IMG/VR virus record: IMGVR_UViG_3300033074_001347
Location: 23,189 to 87,188 of that record
Length of the DNA: 64,000 bases
Origin: a virus
Lineage: Duplodnaviria > Caudoviricetes
Direction: 5' to 3' (one strand)
In this document: piece after piece, positions 1 through 8,765 of the stretch
How positions within the stretch are numbered: the first letter of the stretch is position 1
How the letters are laid out: each line of letters starts with the position of its first letter
The notes under the pieces: generated by a model
The model's input: only the letters and a program-made list of their open reading frames with translations
Told to the model about the DNA's origin: nothing
The model's database searches: none
Position numbers and translations under genes: made by a program

Positions 1-1
1 T

Positions 2-775
2 AGAGGACTGTATCCCTACACAAAAAGGTATCTAAGAGGTTTCATGAACCACTTCTCTACTATTGGTATAAATGGTATGAATGAAATGGTGCGTAATTTT
101 TCCAACGATAAATCAGATTTAACATCAAGAGAGGGTATAGAACTGTCTATAAGGATACTAGAATATATGAGATCAAAACTAAAAGTTTATCAAGAGGAAA
201 CAGGGCATCTATATAATTTAGAGGCTACACCCGCAGAAGGCACTACTTACAGATTTGCTAAGGAAGACCATAAGAAGTTTGGTGAGTCCATTATTCAGGC
301 CGGAGTATACCCCAATATATATTATACCAACAGCAGCCAAACTCCGGTAGATTTTTCTGATGATCCATTTGAAGTGCTTGACTTGCAGGATGACCTACAG
401 TGTAAATATACAGGCGGCACTGTACAACATTTGTATATGAGCGAACAAATCAGTAGTGGAGAAGCCTGCAAAAACTTAGTAAAAAATGTCATAGAAAATT
501 ACAGACTTCCATACATTACTATAACACCTGTGTTTAGTGTTTGTGATGAACACGGTTATCTAAAGGGAGAGCAGCACGAATGTCCTTACTGTGGTGCAGA
601 AACAAAAGTATGGACTAGAGTGATGGGGTATTTTAGGCCTGTTGCGAACTTTAATATTGGTAAAAAAGGCGAGTTTTACGCACGTAAATGGTTTAAGGAG
701 CCTGAACATAAATCGGAAGTTGTAAACTTTAGAACACGAATCCCTACCGACAAGGACATTGACATTGCTGTATGA
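2..775 (+). CDS. nrdD: Anaerobic (class III) ribonucleoside-triphosphate reductase, C-terminal part; 5' end lies outside the window
   Basis: Frame is open from nt 2 (RGLYPYTKRYLRGFMNHFSTIG). Contains NLEATPAEG, YTGGT, the C-x2-H...C-x2-C zinc site and the glycyl-radical motif RVMGYFRPV. Confidence 0.92.
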   Translation, partial: RGLYPYTKRYLRGFMNHFSTIGINGMNEMVRNFSNDKSDLTSREGIELSIRILEYMRSKLKVYQEETGHLYNLEATPAEGTTYRFAKEDHKKFGESIIQAGVYPNIYYTNSSQTPVDFSDDPFEVLDLQDDLQCKYTGGTVQHLYMSEQISSGEACKNLVKNVIENYRLPYITITPVFSVCDEHGYLKGEQHECPYCGAETKVWTRVMGYFRPVANFNIGKKGEFYARKWFKEPEHKSEVVNFRTRIPTDKDIDIAV

Positions 776-1377
776 TATACTCTATAACTCCATTTACCTT
801 ATTAGACTACCCTAATAAGGTTGCTTGCATTATATGGATAGCTGGATGTAACCTAAGATGTAAATATTGTTACAACCCGCAGATAGTATATGGTAAAAAC
901 CGGATGCCTTGGAAACAAGCATCCGGTTTTCTTAATTCAAGAGTCAACAAACTGCAAGGAGTAGTATTTCTAGGCGGAGAACCTACCACCCACCCCGATT
1001 TATTCAGTATGATAAAGGATACTAAGGACAAAGGGTTTTTAGTAAAACTAGATACTAATGGTCTAAGGCCAGATGTTTTGGAGAAACTTATTGGGCACAA
1101 ATTACTAGATATGGTGGCACTAGACTACAAGTCTACTCCTAATAAATTTAGAGAGATAACAGGAGCGAATAAATACGAAAAGTTTGAGAAATCATTGAAA
1201 TTATTAATAGATTCTGGTGTAAATCTATCAATAAGAACTACCGTACATCCTGACTTACTAAATATAAATGATGTAAAGTATATTGAACAACATATACAGT
1301 CACTAGGTTACAATAAGGATCTAGTGATACAAAAGGCAATAACAAACGTACCAATGTTAGGGTTTGGAAATGATTAA
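772..1377 (+). CDS. nrdG: Anaerobic RNR activating radical-SAM protein
   Basis: GCNLRCKYCYNP (CxxxCxxC), GGEPT and KLDTNG motifs; overlaps the nrdD stop. Confidence 0.9.
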   Translation: MIYSITPFTLLDYPNKVACIIWIAGCNLRCKYCYNPQIVYGKNRMPWKQASGFLNSRVNKLQGVVFLGGEPTTHPDLFSMIKDTKDKGFLVKLDTNGLRPDVLEKLIGHKLLDMVALDYKSTPNKFREITGANKYEKFEKSLKLLIDSGVNLSIRTTVHPDLLNINDVKYIEQHIQSLGYNKDLVIQKAITNVPMLGFGND

Positions 1378-1597
1378 TATCATCGGGCCTAATTATGAAG
1401 AGGCTTTAATAGTAACGGCAAAAGTAGGTATGTTTACCCTTTCTATAAACATACTATTATACCTATATGTATTATTGTCCATATACGTGACAAAAACTCT
1501 ACGGTGGGGAACGGCAATAATGTATATTGTGACTATGACAATTATCCTAACTGCACTATTCGTAGTTTTCAGCTGGTCAGACTATACTAGCATATAA
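1364..1597 (+). CDS. Small membrane protein, two predicted TM helices
   Basis: 77 aa with two long hydrophobic runs; packed between nrdG and nrdB. Confidence 0.55.
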   Translation: MEMINIIGPNYEEALIVTAKVGMFTLSINILLYLYVLLSIYVTKTLRWGTAIMYIVTMTIILTALFVVFSWSDYTSI

Positions 1598-1617
1598 ATT
1601 TATTAAGGAGATATAAT

Positions 1618-2601
1618 ATGAGTTTATTAACAGAGCAAGTCGGGTATAAACCTCATCGCTACCCTTGGGCGTATGAAGGGTGGTTACTACAGTCTAGGCT
1701 ACACTGGCTTCCTGAGGAAGTTCCTATGGCCGATGATGTTAAAGACTGGCAAACTAAGATTACTGATGGAGAAAGAAATCTATTAACTCAAATATTCAGA
1801 TTTTTTACACAGTCTGATGTAGAGGTTAATGGGGCCTATAACCGACTTTTTATACCCTACTTTAAGCCCGTGGAAATATCCATGATGATGGGTTCTTTCG
1901 CCTATATGGAGACCGTTCATATAGCGGCCTACTCCCATCTTATAGATACCCTAGGTATACCTGAGGTTGAGTATAGTGCTTTCATGGAATATAAAGAAAT
2001 GAAAGATAAGCACGACTTCCTTCAAGGTATATCTGTAGAGGATGAGCGCAGTGTAGCTAGAGCCATTGCTGTTTTCGCAGGATTTACGGAGGGCCTATCT
2101 TTATTTGCCAGTTTCGCTATGTTAATGAACTTCCCAAGGTTTAATAAGATGAAGGGGATGGGACAAATTGTGACGTGGAGTGTTAGGGACGAAACACTGC
2201 ACGTACAGTGCATGACAAAACTATTTAACACTTTCATATCCGAGAACCCCCATATTTGGAATGATAGTCTAAAATTAGAAATCTACACTGCCTGTGAGAA
2301 GATGGTGGGAATGGAGGATAAGTTCATTGACCTAGCCTTTGAGATGGGGCCTGTAGAAGGTTTAGCTTCATCAGAGGTAAAGCAGTACATACGGTTTATT
2401 GCAGACCGGCGTTTGGTGGGATTAGGTTTGAATCCCCTATTTAATATAGGATCTAACCCACTGCCTTGGATGGATCTGATTTTAAATGGGGACGAACATA
2501 CAAATTTCTTTGAAAATAGATCAACAGAGTACTCTAAGGCCGCTACCTCTGGCACTTGGGATGAAGCTTTTGCGGCCATGTTAGAACTAAACAAGGAATA
2601 A
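1618..2601 (+). CDS. nrdB: Class Ia ribonucleotide reductase beta subunit
   Basis: Di-iron ligands in FFTQSD, ETVHIAAY, GFTEG and RDETLH; C-terminal NFFE..STEY tail; strong SD (AAGGAG). Confidence 0.95.
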   Translation: MSLLTEQVGYKPHRYPWAYEGWLLQSRLHWLPEEVPMADDVKDWQTKITDGERNLLTQIFRFFTQSDVEVNGAYNRLFIPYFKPVEISMMMGSFAYMETVHIAAYSHLIDTLGIPEVEYSAFMEYKEMKDKHDFLQGISVEDERSVARAIAVFAGFTEGLSLFASFAMLMNFPRFNKMKGMGQIVTWSVRDETLHVQCMTKLFNTFISENPHIWNDSLKLEIYTACEKMVGMEDKFIDLAFEMGPVEGLASSEVKQYIRFIADRRLVGLGLNPLFNIGSNPLPWMDLILNGDEHTNFFENRSTEYSKAATSGTWDEAFAAMLELNKE

Positions 2602-2605
2602 TAAA

Positions 2606-3220
2606 ATGGTATTGAACGATACACAGTTAAGGGCACTAATAGAAGAAGGTATGATTGAAGGTATTGAGTCAGGTCAACTAAGAGAGACAAATGTTGTATC
2701 CTCAGGTATATCCTCCTTTGGAGTAGATGCAAGGTTGGGAAGTACCAATTACGAAATTAAGGATCATAGTGGTATATCCTATTCCAAGGAAGGAATATGT
2801 AGAATCCCCATAGTAGATCCAAAAGATTTTGATAAGGATACTCTGGCTAAAACTACGATGGACGTTCACCAATCAGACAATGGTAAATATATATTAGTGC
2901 CCCCTCACGGATTTGTGTTAGGCCATACCATAGAATACTTTAAAATTCCTAGAGATGTGCTGGTATTCTGTATAGGAAAATCTACATACGCCCGCTGTGG
3001 ACTACTAGTAAATACAACCCCACTAGAACCAGAATGGGAAGGTCAGGTTACGCTAGAACTACATAATACTACTAATTTGTACATTAAAGTTTACGTTGAA
3101 GAGGGTATATGCCAGTTTATTTATTTAAAGGGTGAACCCTGTGAAACCTCATATAGGGATAGAAAAGGTAAGTATATGGGTCAGAGAGGCGTTGTATTCC
3201 CTAGGATTAAGAGGGCATAA
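2606..3220 (+). CDS. dcd: dCTP deaminase
   Basis: SSGISSFGVDARL, GKSTYARCGL, TPLEPEWEGQVTLE, EGICQF and KYMGQRGV motifs. Confidence 0.92.
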   Translation: MVLNDTQLRALIEEGMIEGIESGQLRETNVVSSGISSFGVDARLGSTNYEIKDHSGISYSKEGICRIPIVDPKDFDKDTLAKTTMDVHQSDNGKYILVPPHGFVLGHTIEYFKIPRDVLVFCIGKSTYARCGLLVNTTPLEPEWEGQVTLELHNTTNLYIKVYVEEGICQFIYLKGEPCETSYRDRKGKYMGQRGVVFPRIKRA

Positions 3221-3221
3221 G

Positions 3222-3614
3222 ATGGAAAATATCAGGTTTGTGTACGCAACAGGTCAAACGCCAAAGGCTCTTCTTCACTCAGCTTATGATTATTCTATAT
3301 TGACAGGTTGTAACATAAGCCTCAGATGCTATGCCAGTGCCATGAAGTTGTTGGATTATACAAGTTGGCTACCAAATCCTAACATATCAATAAATATTGA
3401 TACTAAAAATGAGTTTGAGTTTAAGTGGAACTTAAATAGAGCACCCTCTGCCATACTGTCGGTATTAGACAATGGTGCAGTAGAGGGGGTAGTACACACT
3501 ATAGAGCGCACTTACTTTTTTGACAAACCTTTTTACATAGTAAAAAAAGGACTTCCTCAAGAACTAATCCATAGTCTTGAGATAATGAATATTGATTATA
3601 AATTTGGGGAGTAG
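3222..3614 (+). CDS. Hypothetical protein
   Basis: ORF track 3132..3614; start moved to the ATG at 3222, directly after the dcd stop. Confidence 0.6.
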   Translation: MENIRFVYATGQTPKALLHSAYDYSILTGCNISLRCYASAMKLLDYTSWLPNPNISINIDTKNEFEFKWNLNRAPSAILSVLDNGAVEGVVHTIERTYFFDKPFYIVKKGLPQELIHSLEIMNIDYKFGE

Positions 3615-3618
3615 AATA

Positions 3619-4485
3619 ATGTCAGACCATAGAACCCGAGTATTTGGCATATGTAGTTTATCTCTGCCCTCTTTTTATGATAGACTATTTGCACTTGCTC
3701 CTGATAGTAATATAAATATTTTAAAGCATACTACGGAACCTCAGGATTTAACGGGAATTGTTTTGGTTCCGTCATTTTCCTTATTTGTGTCAAGAGTGAA
3801 GGAACTAAAGGCAGCCAGTGCCGTGGTAATATTTGATACCCCCTTGCTACTACAACAAGCTATAGGAATTGATATTTTAGACGCTAAGAGGGGCCAATTT
3901 CAGCATAGTTGGAGACTAACGTATGTACCCTTAGACAGATCACTACTATTAAAGGTGGTGAGAGCTTCAACTAAAAAAACCAAATATGTAGATATAAAGG
4001 CAATAGATTTATTACCCAGAGTGATAGAACAAGTAAAACATAGCTCTATGATGGATAAGCTGTTGGCTGCTTTGTACTCTGTTACACACCACAAGAGGAT
4101 AATCTTTACCAAACTGGTAACAGAATATCTATTAGGGTTTACCTCTAAAAAATACTTCCTGAACCAATATAAGAAAATTGTTCCCACCAGAGGTAAGGGA
4201 AAGGAAACTGCCTTCCTGTTTTTAGATTATTTACATAAACCAGAAAATAATAGGTATTTCCAAGCTTTTGGTAAGGTCGGAGAAATTTTGCAAAACAATC
4301 AGAAATTCACTAAAAAATTAGAAGGTGTTAAGAAGAAACCCCTGTCTTATGAGAAAATAGCACGAAAGTATGGTGTAGATACTTACGAGCTTAGATATAT
4401 GCTAAAGACATATAGAAAGGTGGAAAGAACCAAAATTAGTACTACCGTAATAGACGAATACTACAAAGTAATTGGAGGGAGATAA
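3619..4485 (+). CDS. Hypothetical basic protein (possible C-terminal helix-turn-helix)
   Basis: Long ORF; ATG 3619 follows GGGGAG. C-terminal LSYEKIARKYGVDTYELRYMLK looks HTH-like (weak). Confidence 0.6.
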   Translation: MSDHRTRVFGICSLSLPSFYDRLFALAPDSNINILKHTTEPQDLTGIVLVPSFSLFVSRVKELKAASAVVIFDTPLLLQQAIGIDILDAKRGQFQHSWRLTYVPLDRSLLLKVVRASTKKTKYVDIKAIDLLPRVIEQVKHSSMMDKLLAALYSVTHHKRIIFTKLVTEYLLGFTSKKYFLNQYKKIVPTRGKGKETAFLFLDYLHKPENNRYFQAFGKVGEILQNNQKFTKKLEGVKKKPLSYEKIARKYGVDTYELRYMLKTYRKVERTKISTTVIDEYYKVIGGR

Positions 4486-4512
4486 AATGGCGAAAAACCG
4501 CCATTTTTTTTT
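4484..4512 (+). terminator. Rho-independent terminator
   Basis: AAAATGGCG-aaaaac-CGCCATTTT followed by a T run. Confidence 0.75.
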
Positions 4513-4535
4513 GAGTAAAAATTTATTGGTTTTGG

Positions 4536-4564
4536 TTGACTACACTTGGTAAATAAGTTATAAT
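4536..4564 (+). promoter_or_regulatory. Near-consensus sigma70 (early) promoter
   Basis: TTGACT-17 nt-TATAAT. The inverted repeat TAATTAA-N5-TTAATTA (4561-4579) overlaps the -10/+1 region. Confidence 0.85.
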
Positions 4565-4595
4565 TAATTGTGTTAATTAACCAGAGGTAAATTAT

Positions 4596-5426
4596 ATGAA
4601 CAGGGTTGCCAAGGCTATTAAGAGTATAGAATCATCTAGCACCCTAGAGACGTTACTCAAAAGTAATGCTATACTAGGTAGTACAGTTAAGGGCAAGGAT
4701 TCAGGTGAATTGGAATTTGACATACCCATATTGGCCGAGGATATAAAATTATGGTCTAAGAGGGACATAAAGAATTTTATAAAAAATAATAAGGTAATTC
4801 TCGGTCTTAAGTATAGAACCTATAAAGGTTTGGGCACAAAGTCTTGTAGAAAAAAATTGTTGTATGATTTAGGATGTGTTGATATTACTAATGATAAATA
4901 TGGTAAAGTAACATATAGAGAATTACCAGATAAGGAAATCAAAGTTTTGATGAAAGAATATTTTTCTAGAGGTATAAATTCTCTCAAATCCGAAATTAAA
5001 GATTGGGGAGGCAATCCCAAGGATATTGTAAAAACCATTCATAAAAGGTCAACCCCTAATAATGAAGAGGTAAAACGAGTTTTAGTTGGTTGGTTGATAG
5101 AGTGTGATGTAGCTCTTTACGCACTAGACGCTTTAAATCTAACTCAACTAAAAAAGCTTGCCACCGATGTAGGTGTCAAGTTTAAAAACAAGGAACAAGT
5201 TATTGAGGCTCTCGTCACAAAAGGTTGGAGAGTACCCAATAGCAAGCACAAGGAGAAAATAGAAATGGCAACGAAGAAGGCTGCAAAGCCCGTAGTTGAG
5301 GCTAAGCCCACCAAAACTGTAAAGGGTAAGCCCGCTAAGGCTGCTCCTAAGACCGCTGCAAAGGCTACCACAAAAGGTAAGCCGGTAGCTAAGGTAGCCA
5401 AGAAGCCTGCTAAGGCTAAGAAGTAG
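4596..5426 (+). CDS. Basic early protein with a C-terminal histone-H1-like K/A/P tail
   Basis: 276 aa ORF after the promoter, SD GAGG; the last 53 aa are K/A/P-rich. Confidence 0.75.
   Translation: MNRVAKAIKSIESSSTLETLLKSNAILGSTVKGKDSGELEFDIPILAEDIKLWSKRDIKNFIKNNKVILGLKYRTYKGLGTKSCRKKLLYDLGCVDITNDKYGKVTYRELPDKEIKVLMKEYFSRGINSLKSEIKDWGGNPKDIVKTIHKRSTPNNEEVKRVLVGWLIECDVALYALDALNLTQLKKLATDVGVKFKNKEQVIEALVTKGWRVPNSKHKEKIEMATKKAAKPVVEAKPTKTVKGKPAKAAPKTAAKATTKGKPVAKVAKKPAKAKK
5265..5426 (+). CDS. Nested in-frame histone H1/Hc1-like DNA-binding protein (53 aa)
   Basis: AGGAG at 5251-5255, 9 nt before an in-frame ATG; 18 K, 14 A, one acidic residue; 16 of 18 Lys codons are AAG. Confidence 0.6.
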   Translation: MATKKAAKPVVEAKPTKTVKGKPAKAAPKTAAKATTKGKPVAKVAKKPAKAKK

Positions 5427-5460
5427 TAAGCACCTTTAAGCATTTAGGGTGAGTACTCAT

Positions 5461-5484
5461 AGGGGGGATTAGTCCCCCCTTTTT
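5461..5484 (+). terminator. Rho-independent terminator
   Basis: AGGGGGGA-ttag-TCCCCCCT-TTTT. Confidence 0.85.
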
Positions 5485-5501
5485 ATTTGGGAGGATAGGT
5501 T

Positions 5502-5837
5502 ATGAAACGGGTAAAGACGTGGAATATATTAACTAGTATTAGAGCTACCCCCATACGAAAATGGCCCAGCCATAATAGTAAAATTTATGTGTTGGCGGCA
5601 CATAATTCTACTTATACCTTATTTAAGGGTATAGTGAGAAAAGGCTTAGGGGATGAGACTACTATAGCTATCGCTACCAAGCTAAAATTTAGTAATGGGT
5701 ATAGTTATCCAATGATAGTGATTCCAAAGAAAGATGTATATTTTTGGATAGATGCTAAGAGTGATGAAACTTCTTTGGAACATTGTATGCCAAAGATATT
5801 TTACAATCATTTATTGCGGCACATAGGCTGTGATTAA
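5502..5837 (+). CDS. Hypothetical protein
   Basis: 111 aa ORF with GGAGGA SD. Confidence 0.7.
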   Translation: MKRVKTWNILTSIRATPIRKWPSHNSKIYVLAAHNSTYTLFKGIVRKGLGDETTIAIATKLKFSNGYSYPMIVIPKKDVYFWIDAKSDETSLEHCMPKIFYNHLLRHIGCD

Positions 5838-5851
5838 TTAATGTATAAAGG

Positions 5852-6691
5852 ATGTCAGAAATGACTATTATGGTAGAGGACAGAAAAACCGCATTTGGTA
5901 TAAATGAGAGGTTTACAAAAAATGATTTTAAAGATCAACCACTAGGTACCATAAGGGTAAATAGTATTTTTTCTAGCATACAGGGGGAGGGACCTCTCGC
6001 AGGCATCCCCGCGTATTTTGTCAGATTTAGTGGTTGTCATAGGCTTTGTACTTTTTGTGATGCTCCGTGGCTAGGCGGAGATATACTAACGTATGAACAA
6101 ATACTTGAGAAAATGAGGACCTCCGTAAAGGAGGGGTTTTCTAGCCCTTCCTTAGTCATAGTAACGGGGGGCGAACCCACATTACAGCCCAATTTTTATT
6201 CATTTTGTAATTTTCTAATTGATTGCGGATATAAAGTACAGGTAGAAACTTCTGGTGATCTACCTATAGACATTAGACTAAATGAAAAAGTAATAATAGT
6301 ATGTAGTCCCAAGGTCAACGAGAAAACTGGAAAGTATGTCAAGTTACCACAACATTCAAACTGGCGTGTAAATTACTTTAAGTTTGTGGTTAGTGCCGAT
6401 CCTAATTCACCTAACTACGTGCTTCCCGAATACATATTTGATAAAGACTTTTTGAGGGATCGTGAGGTATTTATAAGCCCTTGCAATGAGTACTTGAGAG
6501 TTCCAACTCAATACGACGCTAATGGTAATATTGACAAGCGTTCCCAGATAAATGAGGTAGTTTCCTTTTGGGAGGAAGGCTTACTAGATAGAGTGGCAAA
6601 TCAAAAAAATCATGAATACGCGGGACAACTATGTTTGCGCCATGGATTTAGGTTAAATCTTCAACAACATATATATGTATCACAGGCTTAG
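5852..6691 (+). CDS. queE: 7-carboxy-7-deazaguanine synthase (radical SAM)
   Basis: SIFSSIQGEG..AG.PAYFVRFSGCHRLCTFCD, TGGEP, QVETSG, VCSPK and C-terminal LQQH.Y. Confidence 0.9.
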   Translation: MSEMTIMVEDRKTAFGINERFTKNDFKDQPLGTIRVNSIFSSIQGEGPLAGIPAYFVRFSGCHRLCTFCDAPWLGGDILTYEQILEKMRTSVKEGFSSPSLVIVTGGEPTLQPNFYSFCNFLIDCGYKVQVETSGDLPIDIRLNEKVIIVCSPKVNEKTGKYVKLPQHSNWRVNYFKFVVSADPNSPNYVLPEYIFDKDFLRDREVFISPCNEYLRVPTQYDANGNIDKRSQINEVVSFWEEGLLDRVANQKNHEYAGQLCLRHGFRLNLQQHIYVSQA

Positions 6692-6694
6692 TAC

Positions 6695-6964
6695 ATGGGT
6701 GATAAGTATATTGTCAGAGTTGATGCCGATGGGGAACCAATCTCAAAATCTGAGGTAAAAGTACATGCTGGCAGGGACTATGAGGGAGACGGGTTTTTAT
6801 GTGGCTTTAAGGATGACTTCCTATATGACGTACACCATAAATTAGTGTGTGTCAGAGGTAAACCTGCTATAGAAAAAACAGACAAACCTGTTACTTGTCC
6901 AACCTGCTTATTCACCTTGAATAAGGCTGCGTCCTATACTAGGAAAAAGGGAAAGTGGTATTAA
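6695..6964 (+). CDS. Small hypothetical protein, possible Zn-binding
   Basis: H...LCG...VTCPTC pattern. Confidence 0.6.
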   Translation: MGDKYIVRVDADGEPISKSEVKVHAGRDYEGDGFLCGFKDDFLYDVHHKLVCVRGKPAIEKTDKPVTCPTCLFTLNKAASYTRKKGKWY

Positions 6965-7305
6965 TGAGATTGCTTGTATGCGGAGGAAGGGACTTTAACG
7001 ATGAGCTTATAGCTTATAAAGTCCTTGATGACCTAAGGGAATCAATTACAGTTATAGCTCACGGAGGGGCTACAGGGGCCGATAGTTTAGCAAATCTATG
7101 GGCCATAAAAAATAAAATACCTTGTAAAGTGTACAAAGCTGATTGGAATAAATATGGCAAGTGCGCTGGCATATTAAGAAATATAGAAATGCTAGATAAA
7201 TTTAAACCCACTCATTTGTTGGCCTTTCCCGGAAATAGGGGTACTGCGGATATGGTAGAAAGGGCTACTAAAGCAAATGTAAAGATTCTTGAGCTTAAAT
7301 GGTAA
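6964..7305 (+). CDS. SLOG-family protein (DUF2493/YAcAr-like)
   Basis: RLLVCGGRDF, IAHGGATGAD, AGILRNIEML and AFPGNRGTADM; TAATG coupling to the upstream gene. Confidence 0.85.
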   Translation: MRLLVCGGRDFNDELIAYKVLDDLRESITVIAHGGATGADSLANLWAIKNKIPCKVYKADWNKYGKCAGILRNIEMLDKFKPTHLLAFPGNRGTADMVERATKANVKILELKW

Positions 7306-7317
7306 TCGGGTGTTATT

Positions 7318-8325
7318 ATGAGTCAGGTATGGATGCCTAAGCCTAAATTTAGAATAGGATTTGCATGTTTATACTATGGGGACGATGCATCTACCTTTGG
7401 GTTTGACCTAAAAAGTACAACTATTTCACACCTTAAAACCCTAACTTACGCTCAAAGAAACACTAAACTAATAAATATTTTGACACATAACTGTGTTAGT
7501 CTATATACGCAAATTGCATTTCTTGCAAACCTTCCATCATGCCTACGCATGCTACGTATTAGTTCTGGACTGCTGCCATATTACACTCATCCCTACCTAA
7601 AGAAATTTTATGACAGACCAGATGTCAAACACATTATAGAATCTTGGCTGTACCTTGCGGGTGCCTATGCAAAGGCCGCTAATATTAGGCTATCTATGCA
7701 TCCTGGTCAATACACTGTATTAAATAGTACTAGCCCCTCTACCGTGGCTAATTCTATAGCAGATATAGAAATGCATTCTATGATAGGTAAGTTGTTAGGC
7801 TATAGCAGGCGTGGTGAATTTATAGTGAACATACATGGCGGGTCTAAAGCAGGGGGCATAAAGGGGTTCAGAGCTAATTTTAGGCACCTTAGTAAAATTG
7901 CCCAACAGTTTCTAACGGTAGAAAATGATGAAAACTCATTCGGTGTAGAGGATTTACTACGACTAGGTGACCTATGTCCTATAGTACTAGACGTACATCA
8001 CCATTGGTGTTATACAAATGGTGAATGGATAAAACCTAATGACCCAATATACGCCGATGTGTTATCCTCTTGGGGAGGACTGCGTCCTAAACTGCATTTA
8101 TCTATGGCTAAAGAAGAATATGTTACCGGCCTACCAAAATTTAGTAAATGTATTGAGTTAGCAGGTAATAAATCTAAGCTCAGAGCACACTCTGATAAAT
8201 ATAATGATAAGGTAGTTGACTACATAATAAAATTCCTACCATATAGTGACATTATGTGTGAGTGTAAATGGAAGCAGGAAGGAGCCATACAAATCTATAA
8301 TAGGATTAGGAATAGGGGAATATGA
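7318..8325 (+). CDS. uvsE: UV damage endonuclease (UvsE/UvdE)
   Basis: RIGFAC, LRISS.LLP, RLSMHPGQYTVLNS, TVENDE, LDVHHHW, PKLHLS, RAHSD and DIMCECK. Confidence 0.92.
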   Translation: MSQVWMPKPKFRIGFACLYYGDDASTFGFDLKSTTISHLKTLTYAQRNTKLINILTHNCVSLYTQIAFLANLPSCLRMLRISSGLLPYYTHPYLKKFYDRPDVKHIIESWLYLAGAYAKAANIRLSMHPGQYTVLNSTSPSTVANSIADIEMHSMIGKLLGYSRRGEFIVNIHGGSKAGGIKGFRANFRHLSKIAQQFLTVENDENSFGVEDLLRLGDLCPIVLDVHHHWCYTNGEWIKPNDPIYADVLSSWGGLRPKLHLSMAKEEYVTGLPKFSKCIELAGNKSKLRAHSDKYNDKVVDYIIKFLPYSDIMCECKWKQEGAIQIYNRIRNRGI

Positions 8326-8714
8326 AGAATTTTGATGGTAAACTCTGCGCTCGTTGCAGGGGGATCAACACAGAAACCTATGATCGTAGTGGTATACTCC
8401 GATTAATGTCCCGCGTCCATAATGGGGTACATAGTACTATAGAGGGTCAGCAAGAGAGTTACGAGGATATGAAGCGTGATTCTGATCATATGCACGATTA
8501 CATGATGAGACAAATATATTGTATATGTAAATTAGATCCCAATTTGCCAGAGGCGGTTAGAGTGGCTAAAGTGAAGAAAGACTGGGCTCAACACCTTAAG
8601 ATGCGTGCATACAGAGAGAGGGAAAAACGCAGGTATTATGCCTATAGGTATAAGTGGTGGCAACGACCTTTAGTTATTTGGTTTGACATGAAATTTAAGT
8701 GGAGTAGAGTATAG
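8322..8714 (+). CDS. Hypothetical protein
   Basis: 130 aa ORF; ATGA overlap with uvsE. Confidence 0.65.
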   Translation: MKNFDGKLCARCRGINTETYDRSGILRLMSRVHNGVHSTIEGQQESYEDMKRDSDHMHDYMMRQIYCICKLDPNLPEAVRVAKVKKDWAQHLKMRAYREREKRRYYAYRYKWWQRPLVIWFDMKFKWSRV

Positions 8715-8765
8715 TGAATAGACAAAAATACCCAATTCATTCTTTTAGTGTTGTTAGGGCGCACA

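Noticed and set aside
2-2601. Introns, inteins or homing endonucleases in nrdD/nrdB
   Set aside because: The visible parts are continuous and of normal length, with no LAGLIDADG, HNH or GIY-YIG motif.
2022-2732. Antisense ORFs over nrdB, and similar antisense ORFs over the fibre, tape measure, sheath, capsid and scaffold genes
   Set aside because: They are complementary to well-supported genes, lack recognisable motifs, and are explained by codon bias of the sense strand.
3132-3221. 5' extensions in the ORF track (3132, 3592, 6955, 8748, 13693, 14723, 21188, 49508, 58391, 62921)
   Set aside because: Most overlap the upstream gene, and a downstream ATG fits better by SD or coupling.
4487-4552. 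Short ORF MAKNRHFFLSKNLLVLVDYTW
   Set aside because: It coincides with the terminator hairpin and the sigma70 promoter.
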